From an uncultured bacterium (lineage in GTDB: Bacteria > Bacillota_I > Bacilli_A > RFN20 > CAG-826), in assembly GCA_949297275.1 (NCBI GenBank), contig CASFQR010000007.1:2627-66626 (forward strand): 64,000 bases of DNA, given 5' to 3'. Below the pieces are notes generated by a model, which was given only the letters and a program-made list of their open reading frames with translations, was not told the origin of the DNA and did not search any database. A program made the position numbers and the translations under genes. Below are positions 10,066 to 20,088 of this stretch, piece after piece (position 1 is the stretch's first letter; each line of letters opens with the position of its first letter).

Positions 10066-10527
10066 CTAAGAAATATTCCAGCATTCATCGAATAAATTTA
10101 AAACAGTTTCGTTTAATTCGTCTTTTGTTAATTCCATTCTTTTAATCACATCAATAGGGACGATTCGCTCAGTCACGCGCATGGCATTTTGCTTTAAAAT
10201 ATCGGCGATTGGTTTTTTAAAATCAACATAGATTTTATGATCAAAGCCTGCAATTTCCCCATATTTTATGCGAAATTGGTTATACAAATTGGTTGCATCA
10301 ACAATGACAGTAATATTTTGATAATGGTCGCGGCCATAAATGATTAAATCATAGAATCGCTGCCACATTTCTTTTTCCTTCGTAAAATTTTGAAATTCGC
10401 CTGTCATCACTTTTCTTAATTCATCACTACTAACAATCATTGTAAAAGGGTGCTCTCTAGCGTATTTTCTTGCCCAGGTCGATTTTCCTACCCCAGGTAA
10501 ACCCGATAAAAGAATAAGTGTTTTCAC
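10066..10527 (-). CDS. small P-loop kinase-like ATPase (AAA_33-like)
   Basis: Walker A motif LLSGLPGVGKST near the N-terminus; 153 aa; no other domain. Confidence 0.55.
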   Translation of the reverse strand: MKTLILLSGLPGVGKSTWARKYAREHPFTMIVSSDELRKVMTGEFQNFTKEKEMWQRFYDLIIYGRDHYQNITVIVDATNLYNQFRIKYGEIAGFDHKIYVDFKKPIADILKQNAMRVTERIVPIDVIKRMELTKDELNETVLNLFDECWNIS

Positions 10528-10585
10528 ATATTTATTTTAGAGATTTATTTATAAGATACATTATGTAAACGCTTTCATTAGGAGA

Positions 10586-10800
10586 TTTATTTTTTAGAAA
10601 AAGAATAATTAGTATTTGCATAACAAAAAGGATTATTTTTAAATGAATTAAAAGTGCAAAAATTATCCTTTAATGGCAAATTTTTGCAGTATATTTCAAA
10701 AGTATCTTCGCAGCTTAAGTTTGGCTTAGCTGATTTAAACTCTTTAAATGACAACGGGAAAATATTAATTAGCCATCCTCGGCCACAAAATTCAGTTGCA
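10586..10800 (-). pseudogene. Fragment of a COG1373 (AAA_14/DUF4143) ATPase
   Basis: Minus-strand frame reads ...TEFCGRGWLINIFPLSFKEF..., matching the family motif L.GR....l.PlSF.Ef. It is bounded by stops, about 70 codons long, and has no start codon. Confidence 0.4.
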
Positions 10801-11032
10801 ATATCACTCTGCTTTTGTAAGTTTTAAGTTTTCAAACGCATCAAAATTTATTTCAATTATGTACTTTTCATCAGTCACATTATGCAATTAGTCTACTGCA
10901 AATTTTTGCCTAAAAAGGCATTTTTTTGTTTTAAATGTTATTGAAAACAAATTTCACTAAAAAATGCTTGGAAAACGCCTTAACTGACATCAAAATTGGA
11001 AAGCGAACGCCTTTAATGCCCAATAAAAGAGA

Positions 11033-11250
11033 TTAGTCTTCCTTTTTAAAAATTATTTCCCAATGTCCTGCTTTCAATGAACCGACGAGCTTTATTTCAT
11101 CGCTACTTTTGATAGTGCGAGCGATCGTAACCTTGGACACTCAAAGCTTTTCAGATAATTCCTTACGCTTTATAGAAGGATTATTTCTAATTTTGTTTTT
11201 AATTAAATCAATAATTTTGATTTTTGGGTGTCATTTTGGGTGTCATGAGT
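11033..11250 (-). pseudogene. Remnant of the C-terminal HTH domain of an AlbA_2/HATPase_c_4/HTH regulator paralog, preceded by a 12-nt repeat x2
   Basis: Minus-strand frame reads KIIDLIKNKIRNNPSIKRKELSEKLGVSKVTIARTIKSSDEIKLVGSLKAGHWEIIFKK*, paralogous to the HTH domains at 11671-11830 and 38869-39060. There is no upstream ORF in frame. Confidence 0.5.
11222..11245. repeat. 12-nt perfect tandem repeat x2 (ttttgggtgtca)
   Basis: Seen directly in the sequence; it lies immediately upstream (in gene orientation) of the HTH remnant. Confidence 0.8.
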
Positions 11251-11444
11251 ACCTATCGGATTCAAACTATGCAAAGTAACCATGGAATAACTCTTGCTAA
11301 CTCTTCATCTTGATAACCACAAAATCATCTCTATCATTTAAAATAACACTAATAAATTATCAATTTTTCAATGTCCACTTATCGTGTTGATTGATTCTAT
11401 TTGCAATAATGCCTTTTTTCTTGAAGAAACAAAAGTGCAGCGCA

Positions 11445-11618
11445 CTATGCCACAGAAATTCCAAGTTTCAAGGCAATTTCATCATAGGTTATATATGGAT
11501 CTGTTTTTATTAATTCGATGATTGTTTCTTCACGGGTTCTGTTAGAAAATTCTGGGTGCTCATCTGGGCGCTCATTTTGATTTAATTTGAAAACTACATC
11601 GGAATCATATGACATAAT
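11445..11618 (-). pseudogene. Truncated HTH-domain fragment ORF (57 aa) of the same regulator family
   Basis: MSYDSDVVFKLNQNERPDEHPEFSNRTREETIIELIKTDPYITYDEIALKLGISVA*. This is the first half of the HTH module (ELIKtdPyITydEIAlkLGIS); the rest of the domain is absent. Confidence 0.4.
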
Positions 11619-11670
11619 TATTAATATAAAACTATCGATAATATTAAAGATTTTTCAACATAGGATGATT

Positions 11671-13032
11671 TTAATCCTCTTTATCGTTTTCCACTATTTG
11701 CCAGTGGCCATTTTTATCTGAGCCGTCTCTATAAATTAAACCTTTATTCTTAAGAGAAACAAGCGTTCTTGCAACTGTGCGAAGAGATAGGTTTGTTTTC
11801 TCACACATTTCTTTTCTAGTAAGATTACCATTTAAAGAGTGGCGTCCATTATTAGTTTTTCTGATTTAGAAACTACACCATCATTTACAGTGCCATTTAC
11901 AGTGCCATTTACAGTGCCATTTACAGTGCCATCTTGATTAAATCCATTCTTATCAAACGGAATCGTAACAGTAATAGTATTGGCAGAAAATTTATAAGCA
12001 CCCTTGCCATAAACCTTCACCACTTCAGGAACACCGTGTCCAGAACGTTCAACAATGCGGCACGATTTAAATATGTCCATCAAGTCAGGATTAACGGGTT
12101 TAGAAATACCTGTTAAAAATTCTTCTTCAGTAAGACCATAAGGAAGTCCGCCTTGCGATTCTATTTCCATCCTATCTTCATAAATATAGATTTGCGGTGA
12201 AATATGGTTATCCCATGAGTTGTGGACACAGGCATTGATCCAAGCCTCCTCAAATGCTTTATTGTCAAACATTCTTTTTTCTTTTCGGGGTCTACTACTA
12301 ACATCGACATAAGTAGGGTTAATTGCCTCACAGTAATTTATCGCGTCCTTGTATGCTTGTATTAGCGATTTATTACCATATTCATTACGCATTAAATACT
12401 CGGTCTTATCTTTTCCTTTAAAAACACAAACCGCAATCGAAATCCTATTTTCATCTGATAATAAATCTGCTAATAAGTTGTATCTCCCTTCATTTGTTAC
12501 AAGGTTAAAATTACTTAAGAAAGTATCATCATTAATATGAATTTGATTTAAACGAAGCTTATCTCTTAATGTCTCAAATTTTAAATCGGTTCTATTAACA
12601 GGGATTTCGCTTAACAAGGTGCGCTTATAATTTAAAGAAGCAACGAATCTTCTATCTATCTCCTCTTCACTCATCGGCGTTGAAGATGTTCCATCTCGAT
12701 AGAAACAACCAGTCGCACTTCTCCCCTCTTTCTTAATGTAATAGAGTTTATTTCCTTTAGTTACTTTAATAACAATGATCGTTTTATCATCTTCAAGTAA
12801 TGAACCTATTTCACATAAACCTTCAGTAGATGGCAGAATCTGATCTCTAATAATATCTCTAATTTCTCTCATTGTTTTATCAACATTAGAAATATCTAAG
12901 ATATCATCATTATTATCAACACCTATATAGATAGTCCCATTTCTCGTATTAAGAAAAGCAACGACTTCTTATGCAAAGTCTTTCGTTAATGTTCTTTTAA
13001 GTTCGATAGTTTCAGATTCTTGAAATTTCATA
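11671..13032 (-). pseudogene. AlbA_2 (Schlafen-like divergent AAA) + HATPase_c_4 + C-terminal HTH putative regulator; disrupted by one in-frame TAA and one frameshift
   Basis: The N-terminal segment MKFQESETIELKRTLTKDFA is followed by an in-frame TAA (plus 12970-12972), then EVVAFLNTRNGTIYIGVDNND... continuing into ORF 11832..12872. That ORF contains the HATPase_c_4-like region HNSWDNHISPQIYIYEDRMEIESQGGLPYG and a (GTVN)4 repeat. The HTH domain HSLNGNLTRKEMCEKTNLSLRTVARTLVSLKNKGLIYRDGSDKNGHWQIVENDKED* lies in the -1 frame, from about 11840 to 11671. Confidence 0.7.
11879..11931. repeat. 12-nt tandem repeat, about 4.3 copies (ccatttacagtg), encoding (GTVN)4
   Basis: Seen directly; it lies at the linker between the HATPase_c_4-like region and the HTH domain. 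Confidence 0.85.
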
Positions 13033-13303
13033 ATAAAAAGGATTTTCTATCAAATATTATATAGAAAAAACCGACAGAATATCTAGGAATTTACGCTTAT
13101 TTTGTAGTAACTAAATCAACATGGCAAATTATCTTCTTATATCCTTATTTATAATTTACGAATATTCTAACTCGAAGGGCTACCTCGGTGTGCGTGCTTC
13201 GATGGTTTAAAGATTTAGAGGAGTTTTTGACTATTTCCATGGCTATAACATAATCCTAAAAATTTAGGATACGACATAGTAAGCACGAATTAGTAAGATT
13301 TGG

Positions 13304-13343
13304 TAAAAAAACCTATAATGACTAACATTATAGGCGTTTTTTT
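13304..13343. terminator. Bidirectional intrinsic terminator (cctataatg-actaa-cattatagg), A-run on one side and T-run on the other
   Basis: 9-bp perfect inverted repeat flanked by aaaaaaa and ttttttt; it sits just 3' of tRNA-Lys. Confidence 0.6.
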
Positions 13344-13348
13344 AAAGA

Positions 13349-13424
13349 TGGTACACCATACAGGGATCGAACCTGCGACCCACTGATTAAGAGTCAGTTG
13401 CTCTTCCAGCTGAGCTAATGGTGC
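13349..13424 (-). tRNA. tRNA-Lys (anticodon CUU)
   Basis: The reverse complement folds as a cloverleaf. The acceptor is GCACCAU/AUGGUGU (G1-U72), the D stem GCUC/GAGC, the anticodon stem ACUGA/UCAGU with loop CUCUUAA (anticodon CUU), and the T arm GCAGG-UUCGAUC-CCUGU. A CCA end is encoded. Confidence 0.85.
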
Positions 13425-13514
13425 AAGCGCACTAATAATAATATAAATAAAGATAATATTCAAGATAAAAAGGGGTCAAAATTGACCCCTGATTATTTTT
13501 TAATTAAGGAAAGA

Positions 13515-14765
13515 TTAAGCAGTAGCTAAAGCGATATCGCCTTCGTTCCAAGGCATGACTTCATAAGCGGCATCGGCTGTGCTTTCCCAGCCACTTTGAA
13601 CACCACTATTGAAATTCAATGTACCTTTAATCTTAAGGGTATCACCGCGTTTCACATTAGCTAAAACTTCCGCATAGGCATCGCCAATCCCAGCGTTTTC
13701 ACGATTGACATGGTAATTGTAGGCGATATTAAGAGAAGCACCACCAATATCGACAGCAAAAACGCAACGCGCGCCAGGAGTAAAGGCATCAATTTGATTA
13801 CCGTTTTGATCAAAATATTGACCTATGAAACGACCTTCAAATTCAACTGGACGGTGGCAATAACCATCAAATTGTGAAAGAGTATTATATAATTCAGCTG
13901 TCAATTGAATGGCTGGAGCTGGTTCTTCAACATTCGTTGTATTTTCTTCTTCAGGAACATCGCGAATAGCGTTCACAAAAGAAAGTTGAGGTGCACCATA
14001 GTAACTAGCTGTTTCAGCTCGCACTTCAATTAAATTACCAACTGTTAAATGACGATAATTAGAAGGAATTAAACCAGTGCCACTACCAGCATAAAGGGTC
14101 ATATAGTGTTCACCATCAGCGATTAAAGCTGTATTACCATCAGGTAAATAGCCAACAACATAACCGCGTGTCTTAACATAATAATAAGCCGAATCATTAT
14201 TAGTTTTTCCAATCCAGGAATAGCGGCCATCCTCGCCAGTTTCATATAATTCTTCAATGGTATATTCGACAAATTCTAATGTAGTTCCATAGGCCGTCGC
14301 GTTATAAGTGGAAGTTGCAGTCACTGTTTGGCCTTCAATTGAAGCGGTAACTTCAAAAGATAATGGGACTGATTGTTTATCAGGAATATTATCAAAATTA
14401 ACTTCAATCATACTAATCGCATCATTTTTAGGATCACTATTAGGAACAAAAGTTAAATAATCATTATATTGTTCGTCCCAACTCCAATCAAAATCGACGC
14501 GAATTTGTTTATTATAACCGCGCGGAGTAGTTAACATATAAGAGAAAACTTCGACATTGTCGCCGCTATCGCATAAAAGGTTATTCATCATATTTGCACC
14601 AGGCACTAGAGGAATACCACCACTACTCGTCGCACAAATCGCGCGAACATTAACAGCGTAATCAACATAAGCTTGATAATCTTCTTCGCTCATACAACTT
14701 GTTAATCCTGTAATTAATAGAGGAATAACTAATAAACCAGCAAATTTCGTTTTCATTATTTTCAT
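13515..14765 (-). CDS. lipoprotein, function unknown; first gene of the ABC/nuclease cluster
   Basis: Signal peptide with lipobox LTSC; 416 aa; no recognisable catalytic motif. Confidence 0.6.
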   Translation of the reverse strand: MKIMKTKFAGLLVIPLLITGLTSCMSEEDYQAYVDYAVNVRAICATSSGGIPLVPGANMMNNLLCDSGDNVEVFSYMLTTPRGYNKQIRVDFDWSWDEQYNDYLTFVPNSDPKNDAISMIEVNFDNIPDKQSVPLSFEVTASIEGQTVTATSTYNATAYGTTLEFVEYTIEELYETGEDGRYSWIGKTNNDSAYYYVKTRGYVVGYLPDGNTALIADGEHYMTLYAGSGTGLIPSNYRHLTVGNLIEVRAETASYYGAPQLSFVNAIRDVPEEENTTNVEEPAPAIQLTAELYNTLSQFDGYCHRPVEFEGRFIGQYFDQNGNQIDAFTPGARCVFAVDIGGASLNIAYNYHVNRENAGIGDAYAEVLANVKRGDTLKIKGTLNFNSGVQSGWESTADAAYEVMPWNEGDIALATA

Positions 14766-14772
14766 CCTTTCT

Positions 14773-16311
14773 TTAATTTGCTAAAAGTGGATAAACATAT
14801 CCACGAACATATGTGGAGCCATTCCATTCATAACGTGTAGAATCGAAATATGGTTCAGTGACTCCACTATTAAATAGCTGCAATTGGTAGGTGTCATAAT
14901 ATTTGCTTAAATAAGCGGTGACGCGATATGTTACACCGATATTAAAGAAGCTAACGCTCTTGGAATTAGTCGCTTCAAATTCCGAACGAATATTTAATTT
15001 CACATCCGTCTTAGCAACACTTCCATAAACAGTATAATCACCATCATCAGCTATTCGATAATAATTTTGACCTTCCGCCATATTAGAAGGCGCCTCATCA
15101 TTTTCATCCGCTGCCCGAATAGTTACATCCATTTGAACATATTGGCCGACTATTTTATCTAATTTATCAATCGTGTCAATATTTTCATCTAGATAACTAT
15201 AAGGGGCGATATTATAGACATATTCAGAATTAATTTCTCGTAGTTTAGCAGCGATTGCATTAATTTTAGTTTCGTCATTCCAATCTTCTTTATTTTCAAT
15301 CCCAAAAGATTCAACATTGATATGACGCGTAATACCGCGGCCTAAGAAAACATCATCTTGTAAATCGGTGAGTTGAATATTACCGCTATAAGTAGTCGCA
15401 CGGCAATAAACTTGGATGACATCGCCAATATGATAACGGTCGCGATAATCCTTACCAAAACCAACATATAGATAAATTGATTCATAGATATTATCGCCAT
15501 CAGGATCAACTAAATCACGCAAGACAAAATTGTGACCAATCATCCCAACAATGACACCCATCACATGTAGACGGACACCGCTACCACCTTCATCTTCCGT
15601 AACGCCATAATTGCTATAATTTTCTCTTAATTCATCAATTGTTACTTCTAAAATCTTATTAGTGTAATCATAATCAGGATCCATTTCGCCATTGACGCGG
15701 CGGCCGCTATTAGACGCAGCTAAACCCGCCCGATTAAAAGCTTCTAGATAAGGACAAAATAAAGAGAAAGTGCCTAAATTGTTAACCGAATAACAATTTT
15801 CAATTAATTCTAAATTTAATAAACGATAATCGTCACCTGCTTTTACTTGATACCATAAGAAGCATAAATAGCGTTGACTCGAGGTATTATCAGTAATATC
15901 AAACGAATCATAATCGTTTTGTAAAACAACAGAATAGACTTTTTGTTTATTATTAGTGTCATCCCAAAGAATATCTTTCACAAACGCCGAGGCTTTAACA
16001 CCCCAAGGTTGAACTTGCGCCGTACTTTCTGGGGTGTTAACACCAATTAATCGACAAGTAAAGGAGGATTCACTAACTTGATGAGGATTTTCTACTCGAC
16101 CATTTAAGAAATTCATCGTATCGCCATCAGTTACACCAGTTAAAGTTACTTCACCAATTGCCCTTACACCATCGCTAGGTTCGGTAAAAATTTGATTTTC
16201 AAAATTAGCAGTTAGTTTTAAGGCATCAGTTTCAGGTGTCTTAAAAGCGTTACAACCACTTAATAGCGGGATTGCTAATAATAACGATAAAAGTAATGAT
16301 CGATATTTCAT
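14773..16311 (-). CDS. Lipoprotein with an N-terminal SNase (staphylococcal/thermonuclease-like) domain and a C-terminal extension of about 350 aa
   Basis: Lipobox LLSGC. The segment VTLTGVTDGDTMNFL...FTCRLIGVNTPES matches the SNase catalytic core (DGDT ... RLxGIDxPE), with Asn in place of the usual Asp before TPE. Confidence 0.65.
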   Translation of the reverse strand: MKYRSLLLSLLLAIPLLSGCNAFKTPETDALKLTANFENQIFTEPSDGVRAIGEVTLTGVTDGDTMNFLNGRVENPHQVSESSFTCRLIGVNTPESTAQVQPWGVKASAFVKDILWDDTNNKQKVYSVVLQNDYDSFDITDNTSSQRYLCFLWYQVKAGDDYRLLNLELIENCYSVNNLGTFSLFCPYLEAFNRAGLAASNSGRRVNGEMDPDYDYTNKILEVTIDELRENYSNYGVTEDEGGSGVRLHVMGVIVGMIGHNFVLRDLVDPDGDNIYESIYLYVGFGKDYRDRYHIGDVIQVYCRATTYSGNIQLTDLQDDVFLGRGITRHINVESFGIENKEDWNDETKINAIAAKLREINSEYVYNIAPYSYLDENIDTIDKLDKIVGQYVQMDVTIRAADENDEAPSNMAEGQNYYRIADDGDYTVYGSVAKTDVKLNIRSEFEATNSKSVSFFNIGVTYRVTAYLSKYYDTYQLQLFNSGVTEPYFDSTRYEWNGSTYVRGYVYPLLAN

Positions 16312-16317
16312 ATTAAA

Positions 16318-17868
16318 TTAGATGCGATCTTCAACTGGAACAAATTGCGCAATTGAGCCAGTATAAAGATTACGATAAACATTAGGAATATCGTCTTCGC
16401 TTTCGCACATGAAGACTTGGGCCATGACATTATCAACTGCTAAACGAATTTGGGAAGAACCAATGAAGCCAGGATCAACGAATTTAACCCAGGCGACTTC
16501 GTCAGCGGTTTCTTCTAACATATAGTTTTCTTCATTAACGGTGAAACTTTCTTGATATAAAACTTGTGTCGCGGTTAAAGTGCTAGGATCAGCGGCAATG
16601 AAGTTTTTGTAAGTATCAGTTTCAGTAGCAGATTTACTAGCAGGATAATAACCAGTAGTAACTGACCATTTAGCTTGAGCTTCACCAGTTGATAACCAAA
16701 CGATTAAGTCGAAGGTATTTTGAATATCTTCTTCATCGCCTTGGTCAAATAAACCTAAAGATGTTCCTTGAGAAATAACATATTTACGAACAACTTCACC
16801 TTCACCATCATAATTTGTCACATTATAAGGAATCGGGGCTAAGTGGACTTCGCCGTTACCACCACTGTTATAAGATAAACCACCACTAGAGCAAATGGTA
16901 AAGATGCAGTTACCAGCTTTAAATTGGTCACTAGAATAATCACTTGTGCCACCCATATCAGTCGGGAAACCAAAGATACCTTCGCGATAGAGATTACGCC
17001 AATATTTGCTCATTTCTAAGGTGCGATTTGCGTTATCATTTTTAGTACTATAGAATTGGACAGTACCTTGACCATATTCATTAACTTCAGTATATTCTGA
17101 ACCCCATTGACGGACTAAGGTAATGAACATATTCGCTGCGCTATCCCAAGAGAAAACACGGAATTTATCAGCAGTAACTGAGCGTAAATCCATCGCAGTT
17201 TCTACACCGGCTGTTTCCACTGCTGCTTCCGTATCATAAACTTTATAATCCGTACCGATAATCTTACCAAAGAAACCTTGCATAGCTGGAATGATTTTAC
17301 GACCTAAAGTTGCCATTTCATCCCAAGTCTTAGGAGCAACAAATTCGTCGCCTTCAATGATGGTATCATCCACCGTATCAAGAGCTTCTAATAAAGTTAA
17401 ATTATAAGCCATTACTTCAGTTGATTTATTAAATGGTACGCCCATCGTATAATCTTCATAAAGTGTTTGGTTTTCTAACATGTAGTCAGCATAATAATCA
17501 TTTAACAAATCGGTACCATGTTCCGCATCATAGGCGGTAATATAATCATCAAGTGGTATCATAATTTGCGAAGAAATATAACCAGCAAAGTGATCGGGAT
17601 AGCCATTAGCCATATTTGGGAAGGCGTTTTGAGAGACCGAATTATTAATTGCTGATTGCAAATTATCATAGCCGCCTTTTGATTCGTGGTAGATTGATAA
17701 TTGACTAAGCTCTGAATATTCATCTAATAATGTTTCAAGTGCACCGGTATAACTAGAACCAAAGCCTGTCCAGAAGACAATATCATAATTCATCCCCGGG
17801 CAACTTGATAAAACAAGCGAAGCACCCATTAACATTGCTAGAGAACTAATTTTCAAATTCTTTTTCAT
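16318..17868 (-). CDS. ABC transporter substrate-binding lipoprotein (family-1 / CUT1 sugar-binding type)
   Basis: Lipobox LSSC; 516 aa; it sits immediately upstream of the MalF/MalG-type permeases and a MalK-type ATPase. Confidence 0.65.
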   Translation of the reverse strand: MKKNLKISSLAMLMGASLVLSSCPGMNYDIVFWTGFGSSYTGALETLLDEYSELSQLSIYHESKGGYDNLQSAINNSVSQNAFPNMANGYPDHFAGYISSQIMIPLDDYITAYDAEHGTDLLNDYYADYMLENQTLYEDYTMGVPFNKSTEVMAYNLTLLEALDTVDDTIIEGDEFVAPKTWDEMATLGRKIIPAMQGFFGKIIGTDYKVYDTEAAVETAGVETAMDLRSVTADKFRVFSWDSAANMFITLVRQWGSEYTEVNEYGQGTVQFYSTKNDNANRTLEMSKYWRNLYREGIFGFPTDMGGTSDYSSDQFKAGNCIFTICSSGGLSYNSGGNGEVHLAPIPYNVTNYDGEGEVVRKYVISQGTSLGLFDQGDEEDIQNTFDLIVWLSTGEAQAKWSVTTGYYPASKSATETDTYKNFIAADPSTLTATQVLYQESFTVNEENYMLEETADEVAWVKFVDPGFIGSSQIRLAVDNVMAQVFMCESEDDIPNVYRNLYTGSIAQFVPVEDRI

Positions 17869-17923
17869 AGGAATTTTTTCTATCTCCTTTCAATATATAT
17901 TAACGCAAGGCGTTAACACCAAA

Positions 17924-18874
17924 TTAACCTTTAATGCCAGAACGACTGACACCACGCATAATGTATTTTCTAAAAATTAAGAAGAAAACAAATAAGGGGG
18001 CGGTTACAACCGTTGAACCAGCAATCATTGCGGTATTATCATTACCAAAATCACCTTGGAAGAGTGCCATAAGACCATTGGACACTAAGCGCATATCATA
18101 ATCAGGATCAAAACGATACATCCCGTTAGCGACAAGTTGTGGCCAAACATAAGAATTCCATGCACCCATTAAAGAGAGAATCACAATTGTCATGACCGTT
18201 GGCATCCCAATTGGTAACATTACTTTCCATAAATAACCAATATCACCAACACCATCCACCTTCGCGGCTAGATATAATTCATTAGGAATTTGTTGGAAAG
18301 TTTGTCTTAAGTAATAAATATAGAAAATGGAAACACCATGGACTAAGATTAAGGCTGCGAAAGTTGATTCCCACCCAAAGGCAATCGTTGTTTGGTAATT
18401 AGTAATAACCATCATTTCACCAGGAATCATCATTGTTGATAATAAGAGGGTGAATAATAAATTTTTACCTTTAAATTCTAAGCGCGCGAAGGCAAAGGCC
18501 GATAAAACCGAAGTAATCACAGTAACAAGGGTCGAGCCAATTGCAACCACAAAGGTATTTAAGAAATATTGGGCAAAAGAAGTTCTTTCGACTTCGACAC
18601 CCATACTATTAGTCGTGGTCGCCGCAAAGATTTTTACATAATTATTAACTGTCCAATTATCAAATGCTAAGAAGGAGAAATCACCAGTAGCCGTAAATTG
18701 ACTAAAGGCCAAGGTATCAATAAAGCTACCCACGAGCATGAAGATAAAAGGTACGAGCATGAAGATTGCAAAAATTGTTAAGAAACCATAAAGGAGAATA
18801 TTAACAATGACGGTTTTTATTTTATAGTTGCGACGAGCTTTCTCATCAGCGAAATATAATTCACCAGTAGCCAT
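17924..18874 (-). CDS. sugar ABC transporter permease (MalG-like)
   Basis: Six-TM permease with the EAA-type loop region (YLAAKVDGVGDIGYLWKVMLP). Confidence 0.8.
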   Translation of the reverse strand: MATGELYFADEKARRNYKIKTVIVNILLYGFLTIFAIFMLVPFIFMLVGSFIDTLAFSQFTATGDFSFLAFDNWTVNNYVKIFAATTTNSMGVEVERTSFAQYFLNTFVVAIGSTLVTVITSVLSAFAFARLEFKGKNLLFTLLLSTMMIPGEMMVITNYQTTIAFGWESTFAALILVHGVSIFYIYYLRQTFQQIPNELYLAAKVDGVGDIGYLWKVMLPIGMPTVMTIVILSLMGAWNSYVWPQLVANGMYRFDPDYDMRLVSNGLMALFQGDFGNDNTAMIAGSTVVTAPLFVFFLIFRKYIMRGVSRSGIKG

Positions 18875-18886
18875 ATTTTCTCCTTT

Positions 18887-20077
18887 CTAGTAATGCACTC
18901 GCTTTTTACTGACCGCAAATTGCACGACAGTAATAACGAGAATAATTACTAATAACACTAAAGAACCGGAAGCCGCAATGCCAGGTTCAAACATTGAATT
19001 AACTTTTAATTCACGATAAATCCAACCGACAATCGGCATCCACTGCGTCCCATCACTACCACCGAAATAGTAGGCGTTGCTATCTAAGAAGACGGCTCTA
19101 ACACCGGTATACATCTTGAAGGCACCTATGAAGGATGTAATCGTGATATATAAGATTTGCGGTGATAATAAAGGAAGAGTAATTCTTCGCCAAATAGTTA
19201 AGCGCGAACTACCATCAACGCGCGCAGCGTCATAATATTGTTTATCGATTGTTGCTAAGCCGCTCATAAAGACTAAAATCTTAAAAGCTAAACCATCCCA
19301 AACCGCATAAGTAACAATAACAACGCCGGAAGCGAATTTCGTCGCTGATTGTGTCGAACTTAAATATAATAACCAGTTAACTGGTTCAATGCCAAACCAA
19401 CCTAAAACGATATTTACTAGACCACCGGCGTCGCTTTTAAATAACATATTGAAGATTAAACCTAAAGCGATAGTGTTAGTAACATAAGGTAAAAAGAAGA
19501 TCGTTTGATATAAACCTTTGAGAACTTTAATTGAATTCAAACAAGTGGCAATAACTAACGAAATAATAATCGTCAAAGGAACTTCGATAATAACCAAAAG
19601 GGCGGTATTACCAATCGCATTTAAAAATTCTCGATTGCTTAAAACTTCCGCAAAATTGCCAAAGCCAAAAGAAGGTACCTCACGCATGGGGTTAGGTTCT
19701 AAAACAGCGGTAATAAAATTACCAATTGTGAAAGAACCACCACCTCTAATCCAAGAGAAATCTTCAATAAAGGCCATGAAGAAGGTATTAATAATTGGGT
19801 AGAACATAAAGAGAACAATGAAAATTAACGCCGGAATCATTACAATCCACGCGGTTGCCCATTGTGGAAGTTGAATGCGTCGTCTTTTGGCTTCTAAGTG
19901 TAATAAAGCACTATTTGATTCTGCTGCTATCTTTTCATCTAAAACAACCATCGCTTCACCACTAGGAGAAACTATTGTTGAAGAAGCATTTTCCTTTTCT
20001 TCAACAAAAGTAACATCACTAGTTGTTAATGTTAAGTCGTTCTCTTTATCCTTTGTTTTCTTTTTAGCCATAATCAA
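18887..20077 (-). CDS. sugar ABC transporter permease (MalF-like) with an N-terminal Ser/Thr-rich extension
   Basis: Polytopic permease with the EAA loop (YYDAARVDGSSRLTIWRRITLP). Confidence 0.8.
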   Translation of the reverse strand: MIMAKKKTKDKENDLTLTTSDVTFVEEKENASSTIVSPSGEAMVVLDEKIAAESNSALLHLEAKRRRIQLPQWATAWIVMIPALIFIVLFMFYPIINTFFMAFIEDFSWIRGGGSFTIGNFITAVLEPNPMREVPSFGFGNFAEVLSNREFLNAIGNTALLVIIEVPLTIIISLVIATCLNSIKVLKGLYQTIFFLPYVTNTIALGLIFNMLFKSDAGGLVNIVLGWFGIEPVNWLLYLSSTQSATKFASGVVIVTYAVWDGLAFKILVFMSGLATIDKQYYDAARVDGSSRLTIWRRITLPLLSPQILYITITSFIGAFKMYTGVRAVFLDSNAYYFGGSDGTQWMPIVGWIYRELKVNSMFEPGIAASGSLVLLVIILVITVVQFAVSKKRVHY

Positions 20078-20088
20078 ATACCTAAATA

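Noticed and set aside
11835-11880. Canonical -1 PRF slippery heptamer at the regulator frameshift sites
   Set aside because: No clean X XXY YYZ heptamer was found at either site (nearest are gaaaaac and aaattag). The frameshift-conservation observation is kept as a finding, but a programmed mechanism is not demonstrated.
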